The translations under genes and the position numbers were made by a program. DNA of 35,660 nt from a virus: the UHGV virus genome UHGV-0200663. One strand, given 5' to 3'. The stretch's first letter is position 1. Each line of letters opens with the position of its first letter. Of this stretch, positions 8,687 through 18,184 are shown piece after piece. The notes beneath the pieces were generated by a model, which had not been told where the DNA came from, made no database searches, and was given only the letters and a program-made list of their open reading frames with translations.

Positions 8687-9747
8687 GTGGCCACCGCCTT
8701 TGTTTTCTTCGTCTTCGCTTTCATTTCCGGCATATCCAGTGATTCAGGCGGAACCAGCGCCAGAACCGTCATCCGCCCCTGTGCGCCATCCGTCCAGGTC
8801 ACCCCGGATATCAGCCAGGTGGTTTTCAGGTTCTGAATGCTGTCGTCGATATCGACAAGGCGGTTGGTCTGCCACAGCGGGCCGCTGTCGCCCTGTTCGC
8901 GCCAGCCTGCCACCGTGATTTCCGTCGTGCGGGATTCCCCCAGCATCCGGGCTTTGTACCATTCCCCGCGAATGCTGGCCCCGCCCACGGTCAGGCTGTC
9001 TTCATTGACCAGAATGCGCGGGCGGTAACGGTTAATTTCCGGGTCTTCGATGATGTACTGGCGACCACCCACCATCGAGGCAGGCTGGCTGTCCCACAGT
9101 TTGCCACCGGCACTGGTGGTGCCCTTGATGATGTACTGGCTGTTACGCTCCCGCCAGCTGAAGCGCCCACGGGCAGCGAGGATATTTTTCCCCAGCACCA
9201 GTGACACACCCGCGCGAACGGAAGAGGCGCGGGTGATAATCAGGTTACCTGCGCCGTCAGACGTCAGCAGAACGCCGCGCTGTTTTGCCAGCCGGTCGAG
9301 CAGTTCAAAGCCCGTTTCACCCTGTTCCAGAACAACGGACGCAAACGCCTCCCCGGTCGGGGTTTCCGTGATGACAGTTATCCCGAACGGGCGGCAGACA
9401 TCAGCCGCCACCTGTTCAAGCCGCACGCCTTTCCATTTCCCGGACGAATGCACCACAGAGCAGTCCACCAGGTCGCCGGTTTTGTCGCGCCCCATGACAC
9501 GAATTTCCACATTGTCCGCGTCATAGCTGGGAATAAAATCATCGATATACCCCGTCAGCACGGTATCCGCGCCCAGCCTGACCGTGCAGGGTTGCCCCTC
9601 ACGAATCACGCGCGGTGCCGCCGCTGACCAGCGGGTTGTCACACTGAGTTCAAATTCACCGGCAATCGCCTTCAGGGAACGGCTGATGGACATTTCCGTC
9701 CAGCCTTCCCACAGCTTGCCGTCAACGGTAAGAATCACGGATTCCAT
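8677..9747 (-). CDS. Tail/baseplate hub protein (Mu gp44-like, P2 gpD-like)
   Basis: 356 aa; follows the DNA circularisation-like gene as in Mu. Confidence 0.55.
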   Translation of the reverse strand: MESVILTVDGKLWEGWTEMSISRSLKAIAGEFELSVTTRWSAAAPRVIREGQPCTVRLGADTVLTGYIDDFIPSYDADNVEIRVMGRDKTGDLVDCSVVHSSGKWKGVRLEQVAADVCRPFGITVITETPTGEAFASVVLEQGETGFELLDRLAKQRGVLLTSDGAGNLIITRASSVRAGVSLVLGKNILAARGRFSWRERNSQYIIKGTTSAGGKLWDSQPASMVGGRQYIIEDPEINRYRPRILVNEDSLTVGGASIRGEWYKARMLGESRTTEITVAGWREQGDSGPLWQTNRLVDIDDSIQNLKTTWLISGVTWTDGAQGRMTVLALVPPESLDMPEMKAKTKKTKAVATWD

Positions 9748-11021
9748 CAGTCGGTAATCTCCACAGGTTGCGTTGGCAGTATGAATGACGGATGGCGCAG
9801 GCGGTTACGCTGCACGATTTCATCCCGTCGGCTTGTGTCACCATGTTCGCGCCATGCCAGCAATGCGGCAGATGTGGTTGTGGTCAGCGCCACCTGTCGG
9901 GTTTCCGGCAGACGGGCGGCACGCTCGCGGGCATCCGTAATCACGGCCTGCCGTAAATCGCGCAGCGTTCGCCACAATGCCCGCTGGTTATTTTCCACCG
10001 CCGCCACCGCCTGCTCATGCAGTTCAGCCGCCAGCGTGTCACCGGCAGATAACGCCGCGTCACTGGTATCGAACGTCATCGAGGCCACGGCATTTGCCTG
10101 TCCCAGCAGGGTTTCCAGCACAACCACCTGGCGGAAGTCGTCAATGTTCTTCTGCAGGCTGTCAGATACCGGCTGATAATCCGGTGACAACCCGATAGCA
10201 AAGCCAATTTCACCGTCTGCCACGCTGCCAGGCTTCACGGTGATATCTTCCGGCAGTGCGCCGGTGGCAACCTGTCGGGCGCGTTCACCGGCCCACTGGT
10301 TGCGTAATGTCGTGTAAACTGCCAGTGCTTCGGGTGGTTCCGTCACCAGATCAACCACGCCGTTGATGAACGAGGACAACTCACTGACCAGACGCCCCGG
10401 CGTGGCAATGATGGTTCCGGCCATCTCCTTAAAATGGTTCAGCCTGTCCATCCACTGATTCAGTGCTGCCGGTAGTGTGGGCAGATTAGCCACAAGGTTC
10501 TCCATATCAGCCAGAAAGCTGTCGGCCATCTCACCCAGCCCGTCGAGTGCGCCGAACCAGTCGCCATCGTCAATGGCGGCTTTCACCGCATCAATGCCCG
10601 TCAGCACTTCCTGCTGAGTGTTATCCGCCGCAGACGGGAACAGACGCTCGCCCGCCTCAAACACTTCAAAGGTGACATACGCAATGCCGTCTTCCTCCGT
10701 GCTGAGGCGATGGGTTACCTTGCCAACCTGTACAGTCTGTATCCCGAACCACGGGTGGATAAGCTCGCCGGGGCCGGGGGTATTGAGCGCGTCTAAAAGG
10801 GCGTTTAAATCATCCTGGAAGTTTTTACCCAGCAGCTTTGCGTTAATCTGCTGTTGCCCCGGAACGGCCCCGTTATCATCCGTCCAGGCGGTTTCACGCC
10901 GGGGGTAAGCACGGGGAATAGCCCTGCGGCCACCGGTGCCTTCTGTATCCACCAGAAAGAAGGGGACACCGCGAAACGAGGCATCGCGCAGCCCGTCCCA
11001 TTTGCCGTTACTCATTGTCAT
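9747..11021 (-). CDS. DNA circularisation protein N-like (Mu gp43-like)
   Basis: 424 aa immediately downstream of tape measure; N-terminus ..ASFRGVPFF.. Start ATG overlaps tape-measure stop. Confidence 0.55.
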   Translation of the reverse strand: MTMSNGKWDGLRDASFRGVPFFLVDTEGTGGRRAIPRAYPRRETAWTDDNGAVPGQQQINAKLLGKNFQDDLNALLDALNTPGPGELIHPWFGIQTVQVGKVTHRLSTEEDGIAYVTFEVFEAGERLFPSAADNTQQEVLTGIDAVKAAIDDGDWFGALDGLGEMADSFLADMENLVANLPTLPAALNQWMDRLNHFKEMAGTIIATPGRLVSELSSFINGVVDLVTEPPEALAVYTTLRNQWAGERARQVATGALPEDITVKPGSVADGEIGFAIGLSPDYQPVSDSLQKNIDDFRQVVVLETLLGQANAVASMTFDTSDAALSAGDTLAAELHEQAVAAVENNQRALWRTLRDLRQAVITDARERAARLPETRQVALTTTTSAALLAWREHGDTSRRDEIVQRNRLRHPSFILPTQPVEITD

Positions 11022-12814
11022 TAACCCTGCTCCACACTGGTGACGCCAGCCTGCGCACTGAGTCTGACGCCGGGTTGATCCACTCTGACACTTTTCACGC
11101 GGGCGTCACCTTCCACCACCACGCGGATTTCCCCCTGCAATTGTTGCGGAAGGAAGGGATAATTCTGTGTGGGTTGCATACCTGCCCATGGTCGCGGGTC
11201 GGCGATATTCTTTTTCTCCAGAGAGTTAAACCAGTTCTTAATATCCGTCCATACCGTCGGGCGGTTGTTGTTTTCCTGAACCCGTGCGATTAGCGCATCA
11301 GCTTCCTCTTTGTTCTTTGGGAAAGCCGAGAGCACCATGTCAAGGAGATTAAATCCTGATGCCGTTTGTGGTGTAACCAGCGCTGGCGTCTTTGGCCCAC
11401 GTGGGGTGCGGGAGTTGCGGGGATTGCGCGATGAATCCGGCGCATCCGGCAGACCTCCGGTATTACCATTCATCCCGCCACTGCCCATATTAACCACATA
11501 AACCGGCATCACACCGGAGCCGAAAACATCCGTGATGCCACCGGGTATCCCTTTGCCTTTCCCTTTGGGATTCATGATGTCGTGAATGGTTTTACCGAAC
11601 TGGTACGTCTTTCTGATGGCGATAATGCCGCCCAGCGCAATCGCCATATACTTACCCACCTGCAACCAGTTCTGGACAGTGTTCTGGTCCACGCTGTTGA
11701 GCGCATCCGCCAGCTCCTGAACGGGTTTTACCAGTTGTCCTTCAGCAAAACGTTGCCATTCATTATTCAGTGACTGCATCGCTGCATTAAAACCTTCGGC
11801 ATTGGTCTGTGCGGCCTTTTGCGTGGAGCCCAGCTCAATCGTGCCGTAAATCATCTGTTCCATCAGTTGCCGGTTTTCAGGGTTAAGCAGCGCCTTAATC
11901 CCCTGCATCCCGGTCTGATCAAACACATCCTGAAGTTTCAGCGGGTCGTATTTGGCCCGTTTAAGGATTTCCATCATCAGCTCATAGGGCTTTTTGATGT
12001 CTTTTGTGCCTTTGACAAAAACGTCAATGCCGTTTTTTTTCAGGAACTCGATATTCTTTTTGTCCGACAGGGAGGCATACATGGCCTGAATACTGGTTAC
12101 CGTCTCATCAATGCTGCCTTTGTTTTTGGCGAACACCTGAGCAAATGCCCCCATCTGGGCAATGGCTTCCGGTCCCTGATCCTGAATGATGGAAAACAGT
12201 TTCGGGGCAGCGCGGGCAACATCGGCAACGCTTACAGACCCCACTGCAAACTGCGAATACAGCCTGTCCAACATGTTATTGACCGCATCAGCGCCCCGAA
12301 CGTTTTTTTCCCAGAACTGGGCCATCAGCCCGGCTGCAACCTGTCCGTCAACACCGAACGCCTGCATCATCAACCCCATGTTGCGGAGGTTGTCCACCAC
12401 ATACTGATAATCACCGGTTTTCCCCAGAAGTTCGCTGGCCCCCTGACCAAGCGCAGAGGCATCAATACGAATATCTTTCTGGTTTGATACATCCCTGATT
12501 TTGTCGTGAAGCGTCTTTACCTGTTCAGTGGTTAACTGGGCATCCGTACCCATCCGGCGCATCTGCGCATCAAAATCGGCAACCTGTTTGATGGTAAGGC
12601 TACTGCCAAGCCCGGCTATCATTGCCGTGTAGCGGTTGCCCAGCGTATCAAGGCCGCGTCCTGCGGCCTCCGTTGTGGCTTTGACAAGGCGCATGGCCTT
12701 CTGATGGTTCCGGGCGAACTGCGACATATTTGCGCCGTACTGCCGGGCTTTGGCGGTCAGGTTCCCGGCAAGGTTGATCATGATTTCCGTGCTGAGACGG
12801 TTACCTGTTGCCAT
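11021..12814 (-). CDS. Tail tape measure protein
   Basis: 597 aa, Ala/Gln/Gly-rich, downstream of sheath, tube and chaperone. Confidence 0.7.
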   Translation of the reverse strand: MATGNRLSTEIMINLAGNLTAKARQYGANMSQFARNHQKAMRLVKATTEAAGRGLDTLGNRYTAMIAGLGSSLTIKQVADFDAQMRRMGTDAQLTTEQVKTLHDKIRDVSNQKDIRIDASALGQGASELLGKTGDYQYVVDNLRNMGLMMQAFGVDGQVAAGLMAQFWEKNVRGADAVNNMLDRLYSQFAVGSVSVADVARAAPKLFSIIQDQGPEAIAQMGAFAQVFAKNKGSIDETVTSIQAMYASLSDKKNIEFLKKNGIDVFVKGTKDIKKPYELMMEILKRAKYDPLKLQDVFDQTGMQGIKALLNPENRQLMEQMIYGTIELGSTQKAAQTNAEGFNAAMQSLNNEWQRFAEGQLVKPVQELADALNSVDQNTVQNWLQVGKYMAIALGGIIAIRKTYQFGKTIHDIMNPKGKGKGIPGGITDVFGSGVMPVYVVNMGSGGMNGNTGGLPDAPDSSRNPRNSRTPRGPKTPALVTPQTASGFNLLDMVLSAFPKNKEEADALIARVQENNNRPTVWTDIKNWFNSLEKKNIADPRPWAGMQPTQNYPFLPQQLQGEIRVVVEGDARVKSVRVDQPGVRLSAQAGVTSVEQG

Positions 12815-12900
12815 GCTGTTTCTCCAGTTGCTTTATCAGGCGGAACAGCTGCCGCAGGGGCAGCTGTTCCAGGTACTGAATGCTGAACCGCTGAGACAGG

Positions 12901-13296
12901 TTAACCAGCAGGTTCATCAGTGCCGCCGCCAGCGGCATCAGTTCGCCCCCGCGTTGCCACCTCCTCAAGCATTTCATCCAGCGCAGCAGCTTTGGTGCTG
13001 ATAAGCTCAAGGTCTGCCGGGTGGAGCATTCGCAGCTGTTTCATGTCCAGCGGACCGGGGATATTGCCGATGGCCGCAACCTGACGGCGCATCATCTCCA
13101 GCCCCATCAGCACTTCAGAGCAGTAGGCCACCGCCTTTCCGTTCCCGCCCATGACGACGCGTTCTGCGGCCAGTTGCGCATCAATCACATCACTGGCAGT
13201 CAGTTCGCGCAGCTTCACGGTTTTATGCAGGGTTTCATCTGCCGTGCCTTTGCCGGTCAGAAGCCCGTGTTTCAGTTCAAATTCCATCGCGGCCAT
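12901..13296 (-). CDS. Tail assembly chaperone (possible frameshift extension in ORF 12801..13010)
   Basis: 131 aa between tube and tape-measure genes; an overlapping alternate-frame ORF bridges to the tape-measure start. Confidence 0.5.
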   Translation of the reverse strand: MAAMEFELKHGLLTGKGTADETLHKTVKLRELTASDVIDAQLAAERVVMGGNGKAVAYCSEVLMGLEMMRRQVAAIGNIPGPLDMKQLRMLHPADLELISTKAAALDEMLEEVATRGRTDAAGGGTDEPAG

Positions 13297-13297
13297 G

Positions 13298-13654
13298 TCA
13301 CACCTTCACGCATTTTTCACCGATAAAGTTGGCACTGATGGTGCCGGAATCCTCGTCCAGCTCCGCCGGGTTATCCGTGGCGGAACCCGTCATCATGTAG
13401 TTCAGGCCATTGTCGCCGTAGAACATCACCGTGACGTCTTCCCAGCTGCTGATTTCAATCACGTCCATATCCGCAGCCGCCGCAATGGTCACTTTGATGG
13501 ACGGCGAGGCCATCTTGCTGGAGACGCCCCAGACCTTGCCGCCGCCCATATGCTGGGTGCGACTGAAGCCGCCCGGATTCAGCGTGGATTTCCCCTCGGT
13601 TTTAATTTCGCGGCCATTCACGCGAATGGTCGCCATGCCAAGAATTTTTGCCAT
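13298..13654 (-). CDS. Tail tube protein
   Basis: 118 aa immediately downstream of sheath gene. Confidence 0.6.
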   Translation of the reverse strand: MAKILGMATIRVNGREIKTEGKSTLNPGGFSRTQHMGGGKVWGVSSKMASPSIKVTIAAAADMDVIEISSWEDVTVMFYGDNGLNYMMTGSATDNPAELDEDSGTISANFIGEKCVKV

Positions 13655-13663
13655 GCGGCCCCC

Positions 13664-15139
13664 TTAAAGTTTGAACTGAATCAGGCCTGCCAGCACACGC
13701 AGCTGGTTCACCAGATTCGGGTGGCAGATAAAGTTCAGGCGGTTTTTATCGCTGCTGTCGCGTGTCACCTGAAGCGTGTCCTTGTAATCGCTGAAGTTCT
13801 CCACAAGGCCCGCAGGAATAAGTTCGGTCTGGCAGATATCCAGCAGCTCTGCGGTGCACAGCTTCGGCGTCATCACCGGCTGACCGGCATCCAGTGAGTC
13901 CAGCACGTCATCATCTGCCAGCTTGTGGCGCGGATAACGGTTCGTGAAACGATTTTTGATGATGTAACGGATACGGCCCAGCGTGGCGGGGGACTGCACA
14001 TCCAGGTACGACACATCCGCATCACCGTACTGATTAACCCGGTACATGGTGATTTCACGCTCGATGCAGACGTTATCCCCGGCGTCCACCATGTGCGTGG
14101 CAATGCCGTCATGCAGCAGCAGGTTACGTTCCGGCATATCCCAGCGAACATTACGCGCAGGCGGCAGAATGCCGGTCAGGACCAGCGTCTGAAGCGGACG
14201 CGCCGGGTCAATGGCAAGGTGATACGCTGCCGTTGCGCCGTATGACGCGGCCCACATCCACGCCGGGTGCGGTGACAGGTTGGTGCCGATACAGCTAATC
14301 AGCCAGTCATTGCGGGTTTCACCAAACGTACCGGTTTCCCCGTGTGTGCCACGAAACGCCGTCCACAGCTGCGCCTCCATCATTTTGAGCGGCCCCCAGC
14401 GGTTCAGCAGTTCATCACGCAGGGTGTTCAGGCTTTTCGTGTCGGTGAACGGGGCGATGATATCGGTAAACCACTCCGGGCCGATGGCCGCAACGGCATC
14501 CGCCATTTCCGGTGTCCCGGTGCCGCCGGTAAACGCAGTAGCGGTCACCTTCACACCTGCCGGGAAGGCTTCACCGGTGTAGTAGTTCAGGCGAACGTCG
14601 GCACCGTTGCCGGTGACGCCGTGCCAGTTCACGGTCAGCTCCACGGTATCCGTGGCATCATCCTTCACCGCAGCGGCCACCTGCGTGGCAGGCTTTTTCG
14701 TCACCGCATCAGCAATGGCTTTTGCAATGTTTTCCTTCGTAGCCCCGGCGCTCACGCTCACCTGAACGGACACACCGTTAATCAGCAGTGCCACCGTTCC
14801 GGCTTCAGTCGCTGTACCCAGCACGGTCAGCGTGGCTTTTGCGGCAGCGCCTTCAGGCGCGGCAACCGGCATTGCCCAGGTTTCCGTGTACGTGTTGGCA
14901 CGGCGCAGCATTTTGAGCATTTCAGCCAGCATCGACCCTTTGCCATAAAGCTGGTCTGCCTGGCTGTCACTGGTGATGCGGGTCAGTGACAGGGCGTCTG
15001 CGCTGCCGGACGATACCGCATGGCCCATGACCAGAATTTTTCGGCTTTGCGCGGATGCACCATCCAGCGCCTGAGAATTGTCGATATCGATCCAGACAAG
15101 CGGGACGCGGATATCAGCAGGAATTGAACCCAGCGACAT
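13664..15139 (-). CDS. Contractile tail sheath protein
   Basis: 491 aa; position and size as Mu L sheath. Confidence 0.75.
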   Translation of the reverse strand: MSLGSIPADIRVPLVWIDIDNSQALDGASAQSRKILVMGHAVSSGSADALSLTRITSDSQADQLYGKGSMLAEMLKMLRRANTYTETWAMPVAAPEGAAAKATLTVLGTATEAGTVALLINGVSVQVSVSAGATKENIAKAIADAVTKKPATQVAAAVKDDATDTVELTVNWHGVTGNGADVRLNYYTGEAFPAGVKVTATAFTGGTGTPEMADAVAAIGPEWFTDIIAPFTDTKSLNTLRDELLNRWGPLKMMEAQLWTAFRGTHGETGTFGETRNDWLISCIGTNLSPHPAWMWAASYGATAAYHLAIDPARPLQTLVLTGILPPARNVRWDMPERNLLLHDGIATHMVDAGDNVCIEREITMYRVNQYGDADVSYLDVQSPATLGRIRYIIKNRFTNRYPRHKLADDDVLDSLDAGQPVMTPKLCTAELLDICQTELIPAGLVENFSDYKDTLQVTRDSSDKNRLNFICHPNLVNQLRVLAGLIQFKL

Positions 15140-15339
15140 TATTTTTTCCCTCTGGTTTGGTTGTTATTTTTCGGAAGTGCGGTTATTTCCACATCTCCCT
15201 CAGCTTCACGGCGCAGCCAGTAAGCGCAGACGTCGAGACGTTCCCCTTCCGGGGATAAATGCGCGCCATCCGGTTTACGGACACGGACGTTTTCCCGCGC
15301 TGGCTTAATCAGTTTCTGTTCCATCGTCACCCCGTACAT
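15139..15339 (-). CDS. Small phage protein (Mu gp38-like position)
   Basis: 66 aa, ATG start, coupled to neighbours. Confidence 0.4.
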   Translation of the reverse strand: MYGVTMEQKLIKPARENVRVRKPDGAHLSPEGERLDVCAYWLRREAEGDVEITALPKNNNQTRGKK

Positions 15340-15916
15340 GGATCACGTCGTTAATTTCAGTGTGTTCACCGCAGCGCAGCGTTGCCCCGAGGCGCAGGAA
15401 GTCCGGGAGCGCGGCGAGATCAATCTCTTCATCCAGCCGGAATTCCTGCTCCCACGTCACCGCCCACATGGTGACACCCAGCCCGTCGAGGCTGGCGGAA
15501 TAAATGTTGTCTGCCCGCACATCAGCAGCCAGGCGTTCAGCCCCCATGGCCGCTGTGGCATCCGACGACAGCAGACGTTTGATCACCTTTCCGGCCAGTA
15601 CTTCACAGCGCACGTCGCGGGAATACCCCCACGAATCCGTTGCCATGATGTAAGCCACCCAGGTAACCAGACCGGACAGCCCACCGCGCGGGTTGATATC
15701 CCGGACACGCAGGGCAGCTACCCGGATACAGCCGGTGCGACCGGACAGATAGCGCTTCACCTCTTCCGGGCTGTTGAACTGGCCGATGTGACGCTCCACC
15801 ACGTCGGCCCGGTCAGGGGTTTTCCCCTGAAGTGCTGTTTTCAGCCAGGCTACAATGCGCTCTGCGGCCGCAACGGTGCTCCCCGGAGTGCGCAGTTCAG
15901 GGCGTTGTTCTGTCAT
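15305..15916 (-). CDS. Head-tail region protein (Mu gp37-like position)
   Basis: 203 aa; synteny only. Confidence 0.45.
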   Translation of the reverse strand: MTEQRPELRTPGSTVAAAERIVAWLKTALQGKTPDRADVVERHIGQFNSPEEVKRYLSGRTGCIRVAALRVRDINPRGGLSGLVTWVAYIMATDSWGYSRDVRCEVLAGKVIKRLLSSDATAAMGAERLAADVRADNIYSASLDGLGVTMWAVTWEQEFRLDEEIDLAALPDFLRLGATLRCGEHTEINDVIHVRGDDGTETD

Positions 15917-16455
15917 GGCAGAACCTCCTTCCAGAAATGACTGATAACCTGTTGCAGCTCCTGCTGGTTGGCAGAAGACAGCCCCAGAAATTCACGTTGC
16001 GGAATGTTCATCATGCGGTTATGTGCGCCGACGGTCTGCCAGACCGGATATTTCAGCGCCCGCCCGAAACACTGCGAGATAAGCCGTTTGTGGGCGCTGA
16101 CCGGCACACTGCCGGAAAAGCCGTCATTCATGATGCGGGCATAATCCAGCGGTGAACCGATACGCACCACGCGGTTTTCCACGATGTACTGGATACTCTC
16201 CAGCAGATGGCCTTCACCGCGCAGCAGACTCTGGTTGCCGTGGCGGGTCTTTTTGTACCCGTCAGACCAGTCTGGCCAGCGTTCGCCACCCGGACTGGTT
16301 TTCTCATCGATGATGCGGCGGCGGGTCTGTGATTCCACCACCGCACCGATGCTCTCCAGCAGCTCTGCCTGCAATGAACCATCTGCCAGCTTTTCAACGG
16401 CGCGGCGGATATCCTCCAGACGCTGGTCACCGCTGACCTGTACAGAAATCCCCAT
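15913..16455 (-). CDS. Virion morphogenesis / tail completion-like protein
   Basis: About 180 aa; ATG at 16455 in ATGA overlap with upstream stop (ORF-track start at 16458 is GTG). Confidence 0.45.
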   Translation of the reverse strand: MGISVQVSGDQRLEDIRRAVEKLADGSLQAELLESIGAVVESQTRRRIIDEKTSPGGERWPDWSDGYKKTRHGNQSLLRGEGHLLESIQYIVENRVVRIGSPLDYARIMNDGFSGSVPVSAHKRLISQCFGRALKYPVWQTVGAHNRMMNIPQREFLGLSSANQQELQQVISHFWKEVLP

Positions 16456-16892
16456 CACAGCACCCCTTTCAGGTTGTTACGGGTGAACAGCCGGGCATTG
16501 GCACCCACTACAATGATCTTCCCGTGGTCGGTTTCTGCCGGGGTGGCATACGTCGGCAGACCCAGGTCACGGGTGCCGTTCGCCATCTCACGCAGGGTTT
16601 TAATGGCGTCATCGTAGCGTTTCTGGATCAGCTCCGTGATTTGATTGTCACGCTCTGACAACCAGTAAAACGCCAGCGATACCGCCACGCGTTGCAGCGG
16701 GCGCGGGATTTCCGTCACCCCCAGCGGCAGCTGGTAGCGGCGGGACAGAAACGAATCAATTTCCGCTTCGGCATCACTGATGGCCTGACGGATTTTGTCT
16801 TCATCCAGTTCGTTGGTTTCCCGGTTAATCGCCATGTTCCAGACAAGATTGCCGTCCGCGCGTAACAGGTCTTCCTGCGTGATATACCCCAT
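16455..16892 (-). CDS. Head-tail connector region protein (Mu gp36-like position)
   Basis: 145 aa; ATGA overlap coupling. Confidence 0.45.
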   Translation of the reverse strand: MGYITQEDLLRADGNLVWNMAINRETNELDEDKIRQAISDAEAEIDSFLSRRYQLPLGVTEIPRPLQRVAVSLAFYWLSERDNQITELIQKRYDDAIKTLREMANGTRDLGLPTYATPAETDHGKIIVVGANARLFTRNNLKGVL

Positions 16893-17203
16893 CAGCCTTT
16901 CTCCGCTTCCCGGACAATCAGATTCGGCTCTGCCATCAGGCGGGTGGCAACCGCAGCGGTCACCGCCACATCCTCACCGGCATGTGACCAGAAACGGCCA
17001 CAGCGCCAGAATCCGTTTTCAGACACGGCCCGGACGTTCAGCCGGACAGGGGCGTCACCCTGTACAGTAACCGGGTCTTCAGCCGGACGTGGTTCATTCG
17101 CCTGACCGTCAGCCACAATAACGTCTGCCAGCGGTGCCGGGTTTTCCTGTGCTGCGCTGTTCTTTGCGGCTTTCGCGCCTTTGGTTCCTGCTTTTTCACT
17201 CAT
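16892..17203 (-). CDS. Small head-associated protein (hypothetical)
   Basis: 103 aa, Ala/Lys-rich N-terminus, directly downstream of major head gene. Confidence 0.4.
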   Translation of the reverse strand: MSEKAGTKGAKAAKNSAAQENPAPLADVIVADGQANEPRPAEDPVTVQGDAPVRLNVRAVSENGFWRCGRFWSHAGEDVAVTAAVATRLMAEPNLIVREAEKG

Positions 17204-17207
17204 GACT

Positions 17208-17257
17208 CTGCCTTTTAAAAGGCAGTTAAAAGGGCATTCACAGCGCCTTTTAACTGC
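17208..17257 (-). promoter_or_regulatory. Two overlapping stem-loops downstream of major head gene (possible attenuator)
   Basis: Perfect palindrome CTGCCTTTTAAAAGGCAG (17208-17225) and inverted repeat GCAGTTAAAAGG...CCTTTTAACTGC (17222-17257). Confidence 0.4.
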
Positions 17258-17281
17258 GGGTTACAGATTACGGATGACGGG

Positions 17282-18184
17282 TTATGCCGGGGTGGTGATG
17301 AACGGACTGACCACGATGTCCACATCCTTGTACCAGATGTTGGAATCGCCGCCGTTAACCAGCATGGCGTCAATGATGCGCTTCGCGGCTGCACGGTTTT
17401 TCTGCCCCACCACAAGGGTGGTCGGGCGGATGCCCAGCGGTTCACCGTTGGTGGTCTTCATACCCAGCAGCAGATTGCTGGCCTTCTCGTAGTTCTCCGC
17501 TGTCAGTGCCGCACGGGAACCGACGGCGGTCTGCCAGAAGCCGAAGCCCGCATTGCAGCGACCGTCCACCCCGTAAAGGAACTCGTTATTCTTGAAGGTA
17601 TGCTCGCTGTTCAGATCATCCAGGGCTTCAAACTTAAAGGCGCGTCGCGTCTGCCAGATGATGGGTTTCAGTACCTGAGAATCATCAATCAGAAACCACG
17701 GTTCCCCCTGGTCTGATGCCGGGGTGCCGACAACGTTGCTGCAGGTGCCGTCGCCCAGCGGGTGGTCTTCATCAAAGAAGTTCTGACCGTCAAAACACAG
17801 GGTGTTAAACCCGGCACACAGCAGGGGGTAACACAGCTTGTCCGGGAACTCCGACGTCTGGCGGCCATAGCGTTCAGCGATAATGCTGTACTGACCAATC
17901 TGATCGTCTTCAATGTGTTCGCGTTTAACGCGGATCGAACTTTCCCAGGTTTTGTTCGCAAGGGTGTAACCATAACCGTCCAGCGTTGCCATCTGACGGG
18001 CGCTGACCCATTCCTTAATCTCCGGTAAATCTTTCATCCAGCCGTAGGTATTGGAGGCGGACGAACTCGGGATTTCAGAGGCGATGCGCTGCCACTGTGG
18101 GGTGACACCACTCAGACCACGGGTATAAGCGGCGCTCAGACAGGTGGTCAGCGCGTGAAGGACTTCGGAAGTGACTGCTCCCAT
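17282..18184 (-). CDS. Major head (capsid) protein, Mu T-like
   Basis: 300 aa immediately downstream of protease/scaffold gene; ATGA overlap. Confidence 0.7.
   Translation of the reverse strand: MGAVTSEVLHALTTCLSAAYTRGLSGVTPQWQRIASEIPSSSASNTYGWMKDLPEIKEWVSARQMATLDGYGYTLANKTWESSIRVKREHIEDDQIGQYSIIAERYGRQTSEFPDKLCYPLLCAGFNTLCFDGQNFFDEDHPLGDGTCSNVVGTPASDQGEPWFLIDDSQVLKPIIWQTRRAFKFEALDDLNSEHTFKNNEFLYGVDGRCNAGFGFWQTAVGSRAALTAENYEKASNLLLGMKTTNGEPLGIRPTTLVVGQKNRAAAKRIIDAMLVNGGDSNIWYKDVDIVVSPFITTPA

Noticed and set aside
17215-17445. Minus-strand ORF 17215..17445 (76 aa) overlapping the hairpin region and the end of the major capsid gene
   Set aside because: Overlaps the capsid gene in another frame and spans the palindromic intergenic structure; more likely non-coding.
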